From: a virus
DNA: 64,000 bases
IMG/VR virus record: IMGVR_UViG_3300027704_000008
Coordinates: 64,001 to 128,000 of that record
Direction: 5' to 3' (one strand)
This document shows, in pieces, positions 63,614 to 64,000 of the stretch; position 1 is the first letter of the stretch, and each line of letters opens with the position of its first letter. The translations under genes and the position numbers were made by a program. Below the pieces are notes generated by a model that searched no databases, was not told where the DNA came from, and saw only the letters and a list, made by a program, of their open reading frames with translations.

Positions 63614-64000
63614 GTGGTCGATTTGTAGCTGGGGTGGCACTGATGTGTTTCGGATCCTTATCCTATGCGGATGCGACATATAATCAGGAAGTCAATTGCC
63701 TGGCTGAGAACATATACCACGAATCGCGAGGTCAAGGGTCAGACGGTAAGAGGGCTGTGGCTGATGTTACCATTAACAGAGTAATCAGCTCACGGTTTCC
63801 TAATACAGTGTGCGGAGTGGTAAGACAGGCACATATGAAGCCATCATGGAAGACGGGCAAACCAACCCCTATCAAAAACAAGTGCCAATTCTCATGGTAC
63901 TGTGATGGTAAAGATGACACTATGAAAAATGTTACTGCCTGGAAGGATAGTCTCAATGTAGCTCATCGAGCTTACTTCTTCCGAATGGAGGCTGATGTTC
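63610..64000 (+). CDS. SleB-like cell wall hydrolase (Hydrolase_2), partial
   Basis: Translated by eye: signal-like N-terminus, CLAENIYHESRGQ, AVA.V.INRV...FPNTVCGVV.Q, CQFSWYCDGK. Confidence 0.9.
   Translation, partial: MSGRFVAGVALMCFGSLSYADATYNQEVNCLAENIYHESRGQGSDGKRAVADVTINRVISSRFPNTVCGVVRQAHMKPSWKTGKPTPIKNKCQFSWYCDGKDDTMKNVTAWKDSLNVAHRAYFFRMEADV

Noticed and set aside
449-63956. Numerous minus-strand ORFs in the track (e.g. 7124-7741, 35388-35900, 51934-52527, 55327-55818)
   Set aside because: They are shadows of well-supported + strand genes, with no RBS or recognisable motifs
1-64000. Stop-codon reassignment
   Set aside because: Core genes are full-length in the standard code and use TAA, TAG and TGA as stops

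Overview
A 64-kb segment of a large T4-like (Tevenvirinae/Kyanoviridae-style) myovirus genome, probably marine and infecting a proteobacterium (host is inferred only). Essentially all genes are on the + strand. 1-9.7 kb holds the virion module (gp17 end, gp18-gp23, gp3) with an inserted TorF-family outer-membrane protein. 9.7-26 kb holds replication, recombination and late-transcription genes (uvsY, uvsW, gp55, gp47/46, gp45/44/62, regA, hsp20, gp43, an AEP-like primase, dCMP deaminase, uvsX, gp41). 26-37 kb holds nucleotide-metabolism and 7-deazaguanine DNA-modification genes (queD, queE, PRTase, folE, thyX, dpdL-like, dpdA-like, dUTPase-like). 37-46 kb is accessory cargo, including denV, a tandem pair of PKD/BspA-like proteins, a lipoprotein metallopeptidase and a circularly permuted (two-piece) tmRNA gene with tag ANDAFYGEQAIAA. 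46-64 kb is a hyperplastic early region of small ORFs punctuated by repeated ~130-bp promoter cassettes (IHF-consensus box, conserved palindrome, stem-loop over the -35, sigma70 -10, shared leader). It also carries three proteins sharing an ITYANAHYY HTH-like motif, a DNA ligase, a macrodomain and a SleB-like hydrolase. All calls are from motif recognition by eye; no database searches were run.
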